IMG/VR virus record: IMGVR_UViG_3300025121_000011
Location: 261,474 to 325,473 of that record
Origin: a virus
Direction: 5' to 3' (one strand)
DNA length: 64,000 nt
The translations under genes were made by a program, and so were the position numbers. Of the stretch, positions 46,726 through 56,568 are shown piece after piece. A model generated the notes under the pieces. It saw only the letters and a program-made list of their open reading frames with translations. It was not told the origin of the DNA and did no database searches. Each line of letters starts with the position of its first letter. Position 1 is the first letter of the stretch.

Positions 46726-46919
46726 TGGAATTTATTATTCTATATATTCTTAATAGTCCCGCTGGACTTGTTGTGGTTACCGCCATTATGTTATGGGGGT
46801 TGTATGTGGTGGCGGGTATGGGTATGCGTGCATATCGAGATAATGATTTGGCGACAGGCTTATCATCATTATTGGCGATTTTAATGTATCTTTGTTGTTT
46901 TGGCAGCTTTATTCTATAA
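46725..46919 (+). CDS. small membrane protein
   Basis: ATG overlapping the previous stop; 2 TM. Confidence 0.4.
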   Translation: MEFIILYILNSPAGLVVVTAIMLWGLYVVAGMGMRAYRDNDLATGLSSLLAILMYLCCFGSFIL

Positions 46920-46931
46920 TAGGATATTATA

Positions 46932-47201
46932 ATGTCTACACCGGCTATTATTTATTTAGTGCTTGTTATAATGCAACTCTTTTATATGTGGGTTAGGTAT
47001 TGTCTTGATGTAAATGTAGATGCTCCAGTCGATACGTTGTCGATCATTATGATTTGTTTGTTATTGCTTTGGGGAGGGTTTTTCGATCCTCCTCATAAAG
47101 AGGTTGATTGTTCTACAGATGATGTTGTTGTGGCAATTCCAAATGGTTATCATCTGGAAAAGATTCAAACTAACATAAAAGATTTAGACTCGGGAATTTA
47201 A
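46932..47201 (+). CDS. small membrane protein
   Basis: SD TAGGATA; hydrophobic N-terminus. Confidence 0.4.
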   Translation: MSTPAIIYLVLVIMQLFYMWVRYCLDVNVDAPVDTLSIIMICLLLLWGGFFDPPHKEVDCSTDDVVVAIPNGYHLEKIQTNIKDLDSGI

Positions 47202-47335
47202 AGGTATCTAGGTTTATAGTAACTTATAAAAATATATCTCACGGTAAACTTAAATAGAATAATATAGGATTATTATATCTCAGTGGAAGCTGAGAATTTT
47301 GTATTTTAATAAACTAAATATAGGAGATATTACAG

Positions 47336-47868
47336 TGGATAAATATGATGATATGGCCGGATTACCACTTTGGAGTATCCCAAAATCTTCGTCTGAGACT
47401 CGTTTGCAGTTTATTAAGGATTCTGAAAAAGATTTATCTGATATTAAATCGATAGATCTAAGAACTCAGGATGGAGTAAAGCTGTTTCATCAAACGATGA
47501 ATAAATTTGGTTTTCAATTTACTGAAGGCACAAAGGAAGATGAGAAAATTCTCAAGATTCAACAGGATAATGCTTGTATTATCATGGAGAGTTTAATTGA
47601 GGCAGCAAAGATTGGAAAAGAGGGACAAACAGTTTTAATAGCTACATATCAAAAGGATGTTTTATACGGATTATGTTTTGACTTAGAAAATAAAAGAGTA
47701 TATAAAACATCGGTTAAGATTGATATGACTAAGTATACCAATCAAGATGCTGTTTTGAAAGAAATCTCAGATCTTACAATTGGGTTAACACTTGAAGCAT
47801 GGGCAAAGCAACAGAATGCTGTTATTGCTTGGGATGCTGTAAGTATTTTATGCGGTTGTGCTTTTTAA
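47336..47868 (+). CDS. hypothetical protein (GTG 47336 with SD TAGGAGA; track start 47299 is TTG)
   Basis: SD-supported start; ends before the DNA ligase gene. Confidence 0.45.
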
Positions 47869-47881
47869 AAGGAAAAAATAA

Positions 47882-49057
47882 ATGACTACATCACTTGAAG
47901 ATCTTACCACTGCATTACCAACTTTATATGCTTTAGACAGCAGCGGACGTATCAAGGTCTGGTCCGTTAGCATATGCATACATTTGGATCAATCCGCTAC
48001 ATATACAGTAATTCACGGGCTTTTAGATGGAAAGAAACAGAGAAGCCCGCGCAAAATTACCAGCGGGAAAAATATTGGGAAAGCTAATGAAACTTCCCCA
48101 TATGCTCAAGCGTTATCAGAAGCTCAAAGCAAATGGAAAAAACAGATTGACAAGGGATATGTAGAAGATGTGAATAACATTCCTGTCTGCACAGAGGTAG
48201 AATATTTTCTTCCGATGCTTGCTCAAAAATATACTGAGCGTAGTAAGCACATGAAATATCCTGCGTATGTGCAGCCAAAGTTCGATGGTTATCGAGCACT
48301 TAGTCGAAGAATCGGTAAGCAAGTTGTTCTATGGTCTAGAACCGGGAAGCCATTTTTTACCCTGGATATTATCGTTTCTGAATTAGAATCGATAATAAGT
48401 TCAAATGAATGTTTAGATGGGGAAGTTTATAGGCATGACTGGAGAAGTCCATCTAATGAGCCCGACTTTCAAAGAGTTTCTTCGGCAATTAAAAAGAGAA
48501 AGGCAGATACAGATTTGTTAGAATATCATGTTTATGATCGTCCAATTCCAGAGAAGCCTGAAGCCTCATTCTATGAGCGGTTTTATAAACCAGCGTTCAT
48601 TGACGGCACTTTAGTTGGCAGTGACCATGTTAAAATTGTCCCCACTGCATTGGTGGCATCAGAAGAAGAAATGATGCTTCTTTTTAATCAATGGGTCAGT
48701 GAAGACCTTCCGTATGAAGGTGCTATCGTTAGAAATGCTTCTGGTGTATATGGATTTGACACCAGAAGCAATGATCTTCTGAAGGTAAAGGATTTTCAAG
48801 AAGAAGAGTATGAAATCATTGGAGCTAAAGAAGGTACCGGAAAAGACGAGGGTACTGCAATCTTCTTATGTAAGATGAAGGATGGTACAGAATTTGATAG
48901 TCGTCCGGTAGGCTCTTATGAGCAGAGAGCAGAATATTTAACTAACATTAGTAAATATATAGGCAGATATCTTCGGGTAAGATTTAATGGTCTGTCTAAT
49001 CTTGGGGTTCCACGCTTTAATCGTGGCGTAGGTATCAGAGAAGAATGGGATATGTAA
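47882..49057 (+). CDS. ATP-dependent DNA ligase
   Basis: motif I KFDGYRAL (KxDGxR), motif IV EGAIVR, motif V DLLKVK. Confidence 0.75.
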   Translation: MTTSLEDLTTALPTLYALDSSGRIKVWSVSICIHLDQSATYTVIHGLLDGKKQRSPRKITSGKNIGKANETSPYAQALSEAQSKWKKQIDKGYVEDVNNIPVCTEVEYFLPMLAQKYTERSKHMKYPAYVQPKFDGYRALSRRIGKQVVLWSRTGKPFFTLDIIVSELESIISSNECLDGEVYRHDWRSPSNEPDFQRVSSAIKKRKADTDLLEYHVYDRPIPEKPEASFYERFYKPAFIDGTLVGSDHVKIVPTALVASEEEMMLLFNQWVSEDLPYEGAIVRNASGVYGFDTRSNDLLKVKDFQEEEYEIIGAKEGTGKDEGTAIFLCKMKDGTEFDSRPVGSYEQRAEYLTNISKYIGRYLRVRFNGLSNLGVPRFNRGVGIREEWDM

Positions 49058-49374
49058 TGTATAGCATAGTAATTTTATTGTTTGGCTTTTGTGTTATGAT
49101 GCTTTTGATAAAACTTGGCATGTTGAGTAGTGTGCATGATCTTGATCGCACTAATAAGCTTCTTAAGATTGCTAAGAATCAATTAAAAGAATTATTTGAA
49201 GCAGAACAGATTTTAGGAAGAGCTCTCGGATATCCCACGTATGATCCTGTTTTATTTCCAGATGCAGATGGCGATGTTTGTACTGGTGAAAACACTGTAG
49301 TAACTTTGGCATTGGAAGCAGCGGACTTAATTGCAAATTTGGATACAACTGACAAAGTATTAGTGGAGATTTAA
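49045..49374 (+). CDS. hypothetical protein with N-terminal TM
   Basis: overlaps the ligase gene end. Confidence 0.4.
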   Translation: MGYVMYSIVILLFGFCVMMLLIKLGMLSSVHDLDRTNKLLKIAKNQLKELFEAEQILGRALGYPTYDPVLFPDADGDVCTGENTVVTLALEAADLIANLDTTDKVLVEI

Positions 49375-49874
49375 TGATTTTTTATATTGGTACATATAAT
49401 GATGGAGTTGTAAAACATGAGGGCTGTGAAAACTTAAAGGAGGCAGTAAGATTTTTCTCTAGAGATGTTATGGGTCATACTTTAAATAGTATTACAGATT
49501 ATAATTACAATTTGTTATGGTCTATAGATGGAGGATACAAACCCTATCAGAGTAGCTCCATTAGGGCTATTGATGAGGTAGAAGTATCTCATATTATAGA
49601 TTATCTAAAAAATTCAGAAGAGGAATTATTTACCTTCTTAGTTGAAGACTCTAAGTTAAAGACAAAAGGGTATCGAACTGGTGCAAGCTTTACTTTTGAA
49701 GATGGAGTGTTTGTGTTAAAAGATTCAGAAATGCAACCACGTAAAATGATTAAGATTTCAATAGACGTAGTTGATATTATGAAACATAGGTTCAATGCTG
49801 AATACTTATGTGAGAATTGTAATAGGAGCATGCTAGATATGGAAGATCCAACCGGATTTTGTAATTCAATTTAA
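49374..49874 (+). CDS. hypothetical protein
   Basis: ATGA coupling. Confidence 0.45.
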   Translation: MIFYIGTYNDGVVKHEGCENLKEAVRFFSRDVMGHTLNSITDYNYNLLWSIDGGYKPYQSSSIRAIDEVEVSHIIDYLKNSEEELFTFLVEDSKLKTKGYRTGASFTFEDGVFVLKDSEMQPRKMIKISIDVVDIMKHRFNAEYLCENCNRSMLDMEDPTGFCNSI

Positions 49875-49888
49875 AAGAGATATTTAAT

Positions 49889-50332
49889 ATGAACTCCTAT
49901 CAGCGAAGAAAAAATCGTCGTTTTTTTAGCAAACTAATTAAAGCCCATCAAAATGGGCGACGAGGTAATTGGGCTTACTCTAGGGGCGGTAAGAAATATG
50001 ATTGTGAAGTATTTTTTGGTGTAGATAGAATAAGTTTATTATCAAAAGATAGGCGAAGTGTAGTTGTAACTTGGACACCCTCTTTCCCCATGCAGATACG
50101 AAGTTTAAAGTTTTTAGAAGAATATTATGGAGAGGATTCTGAGCTGAGATTCTTTCCTGCCTTTAGATTAAAAAATACCGATTATGTTATTATTCCGGGA
50201 TTGCTAAAGGGTTCTATACAGTGGATCTCCCTCCCATTATTAAGAAATGCTTCTTTTGATGAAGTATTTAATGTTCTGACTAGTGCTCAGAAGAAGGAAA
50301 TCATTTGGGTTTTTGATATACTTAGAGGATAG
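49889..50332 (+). CDS. hypothetical basic protein
   Basis: ORF in the operon. Confidence 0.45.
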   Translation: MNSYQRRKNRRFFSKLIKAHQNGRRGNWAYSRGGKKYDCEVFFGVDRISLLSKDRRSVVVTWTPSFPMQIRSLKFLEEYYGEDSELRFFPAFRLKNTDYVIIPGLLKGSIQWISLPLLRNASFDEVFNVLTSAQKKEIIWVFDILRG

Positions 50333-50336
50333 TGTA

Positions 50337-51158
50337 ATGAAAAAAATTGCAATAATTGGAGATATTCATGGTCGTTTAGATATGTTGATGAAAATGCATC
50401 TGAAAATCAGAGATGCATATGGAGATTTACAATTATATTCAACAGGTGATTTAATTGATCGAGGACCTGATGCCAGTGGTGTGATACAATATTGTATTGA
50501 TAATAATGTAAAGGCTGTTAGAGGCAATCATGATGATTGGCTTAGACAATTATGTGTAAATTATACATTTGACTCTCTTTCTATGCACGAGGTAATGGGA
50601 GGTAGATATACCGCCGTCTCTTATGGAGTTCAATCGGCAATTGTAGGGGAAAATAATAGGGAGATTGCCGAAGACCTTTTTAAAAAGGTTCCTACTTCAC
50701 ATAAGAATTGGTTATCTGCACTACCTATTTATTGTAAAATAGTAATGGATTCTGGAGAAGTTTATTGGATAACGCATGCGGGTTTAACAATCCCTATGGC
50801 AAACGATTTAACAGATGGTTTGTCAAAAGTTTCTGACGATATGCTTATGGCTAGCATTAATACTCCTGATCTTATTGAAACCTTTATATGGACTCGGCCA
50901 AATTTTCCAAAAATATTTGATGAGTCTACACCAGTTAAAAAAAGTACGCATGGCAACAATCTATACCATTTTAAAAATGGAGCTATTCAGGTATTTGGTC
51001 ATAGCGTAACTGGATATCCAGTTATAGATAAACATTATATCGCAATTGATACTGGATGTGGAACACTTAAACGGGAGAAGTTAACCGCAGTTGTTTTACC
51101 AGATAATGTATTTATTACAGTGGACGATTTTGAATTGAGTGGAGATCAGAGCAAATGA
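50337..51158 (+). CDS. PPP-family (lambda-phosphatase-like) Ser/Thr or polynucleotide phosphatase
   Basis: GDIHG, GDLIDRG and GNHD motifs at PPP spacing. Confidence 0.65.
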   Translation: MKKIAIIGDIHGRLDMLMKMHLKIRDAYGDLQLYSTGDLIDRGPDASGVIQYCIDNNVKAVRGNHDDWLRQLCVNYTFDSLSMHEVMGGRYTAVSYGVQSAIVGENNREIAEDLFKKVPTSHKNWLSALPIYCKIVMDSGEVYWITHAGLTIPMANDLTDGLSKVSDDMLMASINTPDLIETFIWTRPNFPKIFDESTPVKKSTHGNNLYHFKNGAIQVFGHSVTGYPVIDKHYIAIDTGCGTLKREKLTAVVLPDNVFITVDDFELSGDQSK

Positions 51159-51622
51159 AAAAGTGGGTAATTTTAGTTTCACAAGTGGTGTTAGGAAAAT
51201 CAAAAGCTCCAGAGAAATCTCCTAGCAAAGGGCCAAAGTGGTCTAGACACAAACCTTATCCATATTCTGATTCCTGGGAAGATCATAAAATTTTATATTC
51301 TAAAAGCTTTTCCGCTACAGAAGAAGATGCCAAAGCTGAAGCAGAAAGAGTTAATGCTGCGATGTTTAATACTTATATTATGGGTATGGGAAAGACGGAT
51401 AATTGTTGTGTTAAAGAATATAAAGTGATTTTGCATAATGCATCTGATGATGTATCTTTGGATATGGGCGGAACACTTAAAGCGAATGCTGGACAGCTAT
51501 GGCCTAATGAGAGTGGTTCATTTGTTTCAAGTGGGCAACTCAAAAATTGGGGAGTCATTCCGTATGATCCATCAAATGCATTATACAAAATTTTACTTGA
51601 TAAGCAGAGAAAAATTACATGA
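51155..51622 (+). CDS. hypothetical protein
   Basis: ATGA coupling. Confidence 0.45.
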   Translation: MKKWVILVSQVVLGKSKAPEKSPSKGPKWSRHKPYPYSDSWEDHKILYSKSFSATEEDAKAEAERVNAAMFNTYIMGMGKTDNCCVKEYKVILHNASDDVSLDMGGTLKANAGQLWPNESGSFVSSGQLKNWGVIPYDPSNALYKILLDKQRKIT

Positions 51623-52323
51623 AGCCATCCAATAAGTCTAGATGCTATATTCCATCCTCTTATTCAAAAATAAGGGTACAAGGTGCTAGTATAGAATTTG
51701 ACTCTTGTATTAAAGATTTGGAGATGATTTTATCTTTGACAATGGATGGTAAAATTAAGTGGCATAGGTTCGCTTTTTATCGAAAGAAACAAGATGTCGA
51801 AAGAACATATGCCAGAATTGGAGCCGTTAAAGATAAAGTTGAAATGACAAGTATCAGTCTAAATCATGTTGGCTCAAATAGAGACGGCAGATTCTTCTCT
51901 AATAAGAATCTTGATAAAATATCTGAATTTCAAACATGCAGTGGTAAGTTGAAGAAACAAAGTCGTGTGCTTACAAAGCAACTTAATAAAGAACGAAAGT
52001 CTTTAGCTAAGACTGCTATAACACACTGGAAATCAGTTAAGAAGTTTTGCATTAGGACAAGTAATTTTGTAATAGTATTAGAAGATCATAAAAATGAAAA
52101 TGTATTTGCACATTTTTATATCAGAACTATGGGTTCTTTTTTTAGCGATGATGATACATATGATAATATGGATTTTAAATATCCATATTTATCATTAACA
52201 GATGATGACTGTCCAAGTTTAATTACATTAATAATGATACTCAAAGGTGGTCAAGCGCTGGTTGATAATGAATTTGAGAATTCAATGTATGACAATATGT
52301 ATATATTAAACAGCTGTTTTTGA
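51619..52323 (+). CDS. hypothetical protein
   Basis: ATGA coupling. Confidence 0.45.
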   Translation: MKPSNKSRCYIPSSYSKIRVQGASIEFDSCIKDLEMILSLTMDGKIKWHRFAFYRKKQDVERTYARIGAVKDKVEMTSISLNHVGSNRDGRFFSNKNLDKISEFQTCSGKLKKQSRVLTKQLNKERKSLAKTAITHWKSVKKFCIRTSNFVIVLEDHKNENVFAHFYIRTMGSFFSDDDTYDNMDFKYPYLSLTDDDCPSLITLIMILKGGQALVDNEFENSMYDNMYILNSCF

Positions 52324-52467
52324 TTCTAAAATAGAATTTACAGTTTGATGGCGGCAAAAACTTGATAACCAATTTATCCATACGATAAAGTTTTAACTTA
52401 TTTAAATATATTTCAAAGTAAGAATGCGTTATGGAGATGAACATTTGCTTTAACCAAAGAGATAATC

Positions 52468-52842
52468 ATGACGCCGAGACTTTTTACGAAAGCAAAAACC
52501 CTTGCCTTGTCTAATGGGCATGACTATCATTTGGTTGCAATCTTGCAGAGAAGGAAACAGATTATAAGAGTCGGTACGAATTCGTACAAGACTCATCCAA
52601 AATACCCGAGGTATTATAGAACTGGTCCAAAACTGGTTTATCATCTTCATGCAGAAATGGCTGTTCTAAGATTTGCCCAGCCTGGAGATAAAATATTGGT
52701 GTTGAGATTTAAAGCAGACGGATCACTTTCCATGGGGAGGCCCTGTATTGAATGTCAAAAACATATTAAGGCAGCGGGGATTAGAGAGGTGGAATATTCT
52801 GATTGGGATGGAAATATTGTAAGGCTCGAAGATGTAGAGTAA
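52468..52842 (+). CDS. cytidine/deoxycytidylate deaminase-fold protein
   Basis: HAE ... PCIEC (H[AC]E ... PCxxC zinc-deaminase signature); degenerate promoter module upstream (52340-52440). Confidence 0.55.
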   Translation: MTPRLFTKAKTLALSNGHDYHLVAILQRRKQIIRVGTNSYKTHPKYPRYYRTGPKLVYHLHAEMAVLRFAQPGDKILVLRFKADGSLSMGRPCIECQKHIKAAGIREVEYSDWDGNIVRLEDVE

Positions 52843-52987
52843 AATTTATTGTAAAAAAAAATCTAAAGTAGTAAGATGGTGTAGGGTGGTATGCAAATGG
52901 TTAAGTAGTTAGTTTGATAAGCTGGTGCCTTCATAGTATATGAGTTTAAATCTTATTTGTCCCTACCATTAAATGATATTTGATAAA

Positions 52988-53362
52988 TCATTTTAAATGT
53001 AAATTGAAATGGGTTTGTCTGTGACAATTAGCGCACAGTAAGATACATTTATCAAGTTCAGTTTTGATCTTATCAAGTTTGGTGCCTTTATAATTAGATA
53101 TGGAGAAGTCTTTTTGAATTGGATTTCTATGGTGAAATTCTAAGGCGGCATCGCAAGTATTGTATCCGCATTCTTGACAATTACCACCAAGATATTCAAT
53201 AGCTTCATGTTTTAATTTTCCAAAACAATCGATTCTAATGTTGTTCCAACAACTCCTACAATAGGAATAGGAGCGACCGTCACTTTTTATATAGAAATCC
53301 TTAATGAGAAGTACCTGTTCACATTTTGTACAATATCTGGTGTTACCTGGTTCTTTTAACAC
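52988..53362 (-). CDS. HNH homing endonuclease
   Basis: N-terminal Cys-rich zinc finger plus EFHHRNP ... LLCANCHR. Confidence 0.6.
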   Translation of the reverse strand: MLKEPGNTRYCTKCEQVLLIKDFYIKSDGRSYSYCRSCWNNIRIDCFGKLKHEAIEYLGGNCQECGYNTCDAALEFHHRNPIQKDFSISNYKGTKLDKIKTELDKCILLCANCHRQTHFNLHLK

Positions 53363-53518
53363 TTTGGTATTGTGGCCACCAAATGGTGAACATTCTAAAC
53401 AATATTTCCGCGATTGGAGGTTTTTAGTCTTTCCATCGATGTTAATTGAAAATGGAAAGAGTTTGTTGCATTTTTTTGCAAAGTTTTGGCATGTGGCTGT
53501 CTCCTGAAGATACGATAT

Positions 53519-53556
53519 GGACCCTTAGCTCAGTTGGTTAGAGCGTTCGCCTTAAC
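53519..53556 (+). pseudogene. 5' fragment of a tRNA (acceptor, D-arm, 5' anticodon stem and half loop only)
   Basis: GGACCCTTAGCTCAGTTGGTTAGAGCGTTCGCCTTAA then no matching 3' half; an HNH gene follows on the other strand. Confidence 0.4.
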
Positions 53557-53558
53557 TA

Positions 53559-53984
53559 TTAAGAATCTTCTGAAACTATTTTCCTAGAATTGAATGTTCT
53601 TATTCTGTGGCAGTTAGCGCAAACTAATTCGCATTTTGAAATTTCGTTTGACAGTCTTGCTAAAGATACTCCTTTGTTTCGAGCAATACTAATATTAAAT
53701 TCCTTATTTTTAAGGTGGTCAAAATCCATCACATAAGTTGGGTATGTGATACCACAATCAGTACATGGAGCGTCTTTTGCCTTTGCAATTACATCTAGTA
53801 TAGATTGTTCTCTAATACTTTTCCTCTTTCGATAAGCATCTTTGTTAGATTGATAATGAGCTTTACTCATAATCTTATTGCACTCTCGACATCGATTATG
53901 ACGCTTGTTTAAAGATTTGTTTTCAAATGGGAAATCAGTAAGTAATAGGGTTTCGTGACATACATTACATTCTTTGGTAAGCAT
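53559..53984 (-). CDS. HNH homing endonuclease
   Basis: CNVCHE ... CRECN zinc finger plus DFDHLKNK ... LVCANCHR. Confidence 0.6.
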   Translation of the reverse strand: MLTKECNVCHETLLLTDFPFENKSLNKRHNRCRECNKIMSKAHYQSNKDAYRKRKSIREQSILDVIAKAKDAPCTDCGITYPTYVMDFDHLKNKEFNISIARNKGVSLARLSNEISKCELVCANCHRIRTFNSRKIVSEDS

Positions 53985-54037
53985 AAATCCTCCGTATAAT
54001 TTATGCTTATAAATTAGTAGATTCTTTAGTAAATTTT

Positions 54038-54114
54038 AGGGCCATAACTCAATTGGTTAGAGTGTCGCTCTCATAAAGCGAATGTTCTGAGTTCGAGTCT
54101 CAGTGGCCCTACCA
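54038..54114 (+). tRNA. tRNA with CAT anticodon (initiator/elongator Met or Ile2 lysidine-type), CCA encoded
   Basis: acceptor AGGGCCA/TGGCCCT, D-arm ACTCAATTGGTTAGAGT, anticodon loop CTCATAA, T-arm CTGAG-TTCGAGT-CTCAG, ACCA. Confidence 0.7.
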
Positions 54115-54261
54115 TTTTAATCTTAAATAATAAAGCCTTGTTGAGTCGCTAAAATCTGGGTTGGCTTCCCAGCTTCCCAGCTCCTCGCTCTGGAGTAGGT
54201 ACGAGTCAAAGAGAATGCCTGCCCGGGTTTCCCCCGGCTGGGAGCCGGATTAAGTTCTCAT

Positions 54262-54350
54262 AGTAGTGTGATGGTCCTATTCACTACATTCCTGGAACAA
54301 ATAGTTTAATTGGGAGAACATTGACGAAAGGTGTGGGTTCGAGTCCTGCT
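54262..54350 (+). ncRNA. tRNA-like element lacking a canonical anticodon arm (Y-RNA-like / tRNA-mimic candidate), preceded by hairpin GTAGTG...CACTAC
   Basis: D-arm-like GTTTAATTGGGAGAAC and T-arm GTGGG-TTCGAGT-CCTGC only 13 nt apart; similar in architecture to the 54605 element. Confidence 0.35.
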
Positions 54351-54389
54351 TTGATTTTTTATATTAATCTTAAAATCGCGAGGAGTAAT

Positions 54390-54602
54390 ATGACTGTATT
54401 TCTTGTTGTAAAAGATTACAATCGTGAGTGTCCAAAGGACATAATTATGTCAGCCTTTTATAATAAAGAGGATGCCAAGACTTTTATGAAAAATACTTTT
54501 GAAGAGATATGTAATTGTCCTGATCGGCAGACTGATGAAGATGAATTGGGATGTTTCAGATGTTGCTTGTGGATTGGTATTGATTCGATAGAGGTAAAAT
54601 AA
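54390..54602 (+). CDS. hypothetical small Cys-containing protein
   Basis: ATG 54390 with SD GAGGAG; track start 54321 lies inside the tRNA-like element. Confidence 0.35.
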   Translation: MTVFLVVKDYNRECPKDIIMSAFYNKEDAKTFMKNTFEEICNCPDRQTDEDELGCFRCCLWIGIDSIEVK

Positions 54603-54604
54603 CA

Positions 54605-54690
54605 TAGTGATCATCCTATTCATTACATATTAATGGGCCAAATAGTTCAAGTGGGAGAATATCGTCGCGAGAAGATGTAGGTTCAAATCC
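54605..54690 (+). ncRNA. tRNA-like element lacking a canonical anticodon arm (second copy)
   Basis: D-arm-like GTTCAAGTGGGAGAAT and T-arm GTAGG-TTCAAAT-CCTAC 15 nt apart; similar upstream hairpin. Confidence 0.35.
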
Positions 54691-54814
54691 TACTTTGAGC
54701 CCCCAATTTCATATTCATAGTTTGGGTACATTCAGCATAAATTTTTTTTACCATATAAAAACAAATCGTACCCAGTGATTTAATCCTGGCTTTTGCCATT
54801 TAATGAGGTGTTTA

Positions 54815-55030
54815 ATGTGGAAGAATATTTTGGTTATGCTAATGCTTATGGGTTGCCCTACTGTTGAATCAGTTTCTGATGATGCAGCAGTAGTGGATGA
54901 TGCAGTAGTAGTTGAGACTCCGGTAGTTCAGTCTGATGCAGCAGTTGATGCGACTGTTACTACTCCGGTAGTTGATGAAAATGATGTTACTGCTGATGTT
55001 GTAGAAAATGTTCCAGTTGCAACTGAGTAA
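54815..55030 (+). CDS. small secreted/lipoprotein-like acidic repeat protein
   Basis: signal peptide ending GCP; Val/Asp/Ala-rich repeats. Confidence 0.35.
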   Translation: MWKNILVMLMLMGCPTVESVSDDAAVVDDAVVVETPVVQSDAAVDATVTTPVVDENDVTADVVENVPVATE

Positions 55031-55196
55031 ATAGGGAATAGGCATCACGGTCGCCTTTAAGTACGCCGTCATAGGTAAGTTTAGTTTTGGGTTGATAACT
55101 ATATTTAAGCAAACCTTAAACAGTTCATAATTTTAAGAAGAGATTTCTTATTATTCACAAATGAATGAGCCAATGATTGTGTCAGTTGGCATCGGT

Positions 55197-55279
55197 GCGG
55201 AGTATACAAGTGGTCAAAGTAGAGGCGCTCATAACGCTTTGCTATAGCTTCATGGGTTCGAATCCCATTTCCGCTCCCA
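55197..55279 (+). tRNA. tRNA-like with CAT anticodon (second CAT tRNA; acceptor stem imperfect)
   Basis: anticodon arm AGGCG-CTCATAA-CGCTT, T-arm ATGGG-TTCGAAT-CCCAT, 3' TTTCCGC t CCA; acceptor pairs 6 of 7. Confidence 0.5.
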
Positions 55280-55289
55280 ATGCTTGCAC

Positions 55290-55673
55290 GAATATAGGTT
55301 CCGGTCGAAACACCTACAAAGTTTCGTAAAATCCTGTGAGTTTAGCCATCTGTAACCAACCAGGTCGGGTCAGGATTAAGCAACCGCAAGCGGGTCATGC
55401 TAATATATTCTCATAACCTTTAGAAGTAGGATCGGAAAGAAATCCGGTAGGCAAGGTCGACTTACCCTGGTAAACTTCTTAAAGTGCTGCACTGGAATAA
55501 AAAGCATACAGTTGGGTGATTGTCCTAGTCCCAACATCTTTAAGCCTTAACAGTTGGAGTTCTGTTTTTCATGAGTAAGCAGTGTCGGAGATTTAATTTA
55601 TTAAATCAATGACTAGGCTGAAAGTCGCTTTGCTGAATTTGATGATGCTTGTGTCAAAAGTATCTGATCTGAA
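55290..55673 (+). ncRNA. structured RNA candidate with group-I-intron-like conserved elements
   Basis: no ORF; AAATCCGGTAGGCAAGGTC (55439-55457) resembles the group I Q element AAUCCGCAGCCAAGUCC; TCAATGACTAGGCTGAAAGTC resembles the R/P7 region. Confidence 0.3.
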
Positions 55674-55775
55674 AGCTTCAGACTTGATTGAATGCGAAAG
55701 TCATGGTTCTTAATTGACACTCCCCATGACAGTTAGTAAATCCAAGAGACGGTTAGGTTCGAATCCTAGGAGGCT
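55674..55775 (+). ncRNA. expanded tRNA-like element (acceptor AAGCTTC/GAGGCTT, T-arm TTAGG-TTCGAAT-CCTAG, internal 7-bp hairpin)
   Basis: 7-bp acceptor complementarity and canonical T-loop but about 102 nt long with no D-arm or anticodon arm. Confidence 0.3.
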
Positions 55776-55782
55776 TATTATT

Positions 55783-56130
55783 ATGAAAAAGCAAAAGGGT
55801 TGGATTATTATTGGTTTAAAACGAAACGGAGATTATGTTGGTTACATTGAAAATTCTTTTTCAATGGGACGCAGTTTAGAACGGGTTTTAGTTTTTCGTC
55901 CAAATCCTCTTTCTGAAAAAGAACATCCAAATAAGAGTGCTGTAGATAATGCTCGTTCACATTTAGCAAAACTTCAGGCTCTTGATGACCACACTGAGTG
56001 GTGGTTGTATCGAGTTGGTTCTTGTACTTGTCCCGTCAAAATTGATTGGGGTTCTTTATACGAAGAATATCGAGGAAGTACAAGAGTAAGTAATTTTAAC
56101 TGGAGAAATCTTAAATTCAGTCGGAAATAG
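55783..56130 (+). CDS. hypothetical protein
   Basis: SD TAGGAGG then ATG 55783. Confidence 0.4.
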   Translation: MKKQKGWIIIGLKRNGDYVGYIENSFSMGRSLERVLVFRPNPLSEKEHPNKSAVDNARSHLAKLQALDDHTEWWLYRVGSCTCPVKIDWGSLYEEYRGSTRVSNFNWRNLKFSRK

Positions 56131-56162
56131 AAGTATATTATTTGTTACCTGAGGGGATTTAA

Positions 56163-56393
56163 ATGTCTGTGCCGAATGTAATTCAAAAGGCTTTTGATCT
56201 TGATGAGAGGATTATTGCCGTGGCTTGGGATAAGATTGAGCCAGTGCTGATTTTATCTAAACCATGGCTCGAAAGTGCCGAAGAGGAGATGGTTCAAGAA
56301 GAGTTTTTAAGGCAAAGTGAAACATATCTATTATTTGATGAACTATGGCGATTTTTTGAAGATTGTGAATCAACTAGATATGATAGAGAATAG
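56163..56393 (+). CDS. hypothetical small acidic protein
   Basis: SD GAGGGGA. Confidence 0.35.
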   Translation: MSVPNVIQKAFDLDERIIAVAWDKIEPVLILSKPWLESAEEEMVQEEFLRQSETYLLFDELWRFFEDCESTRYDRE

Positions 56394-56405
56394 TTTTTGT
56401 TTTGA

Positions 56406-56560
56406 TGCCATGTAGCAAAGTAGGTAAATGCAAGTGTGGACTAAGCCAATATGGATGGTCTTGTAATCGAGAGAACAAGTTCCGGGATCATGGTGAAACC
56501 CATTGTTATTATTTAGCCCGACGAATAATGACGCGCTGGTTCGAGTCCAGCCATGGCAAC
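56406..56560 (+). ncRNA. tRNA-like element with a ~100-nt expanded central region (perfect 7-bp acceptor TGCCATG/CATGGCA)
   Basis: D-arm GCAAAGTAGGTAAATGC, T-arm GCTGG-TTCGAGT-CCAGC, acceptor 7/7, no canonical anticodon arm. Confidence 0.4.
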
Positions 56561-56568
56561 TATTTTTT

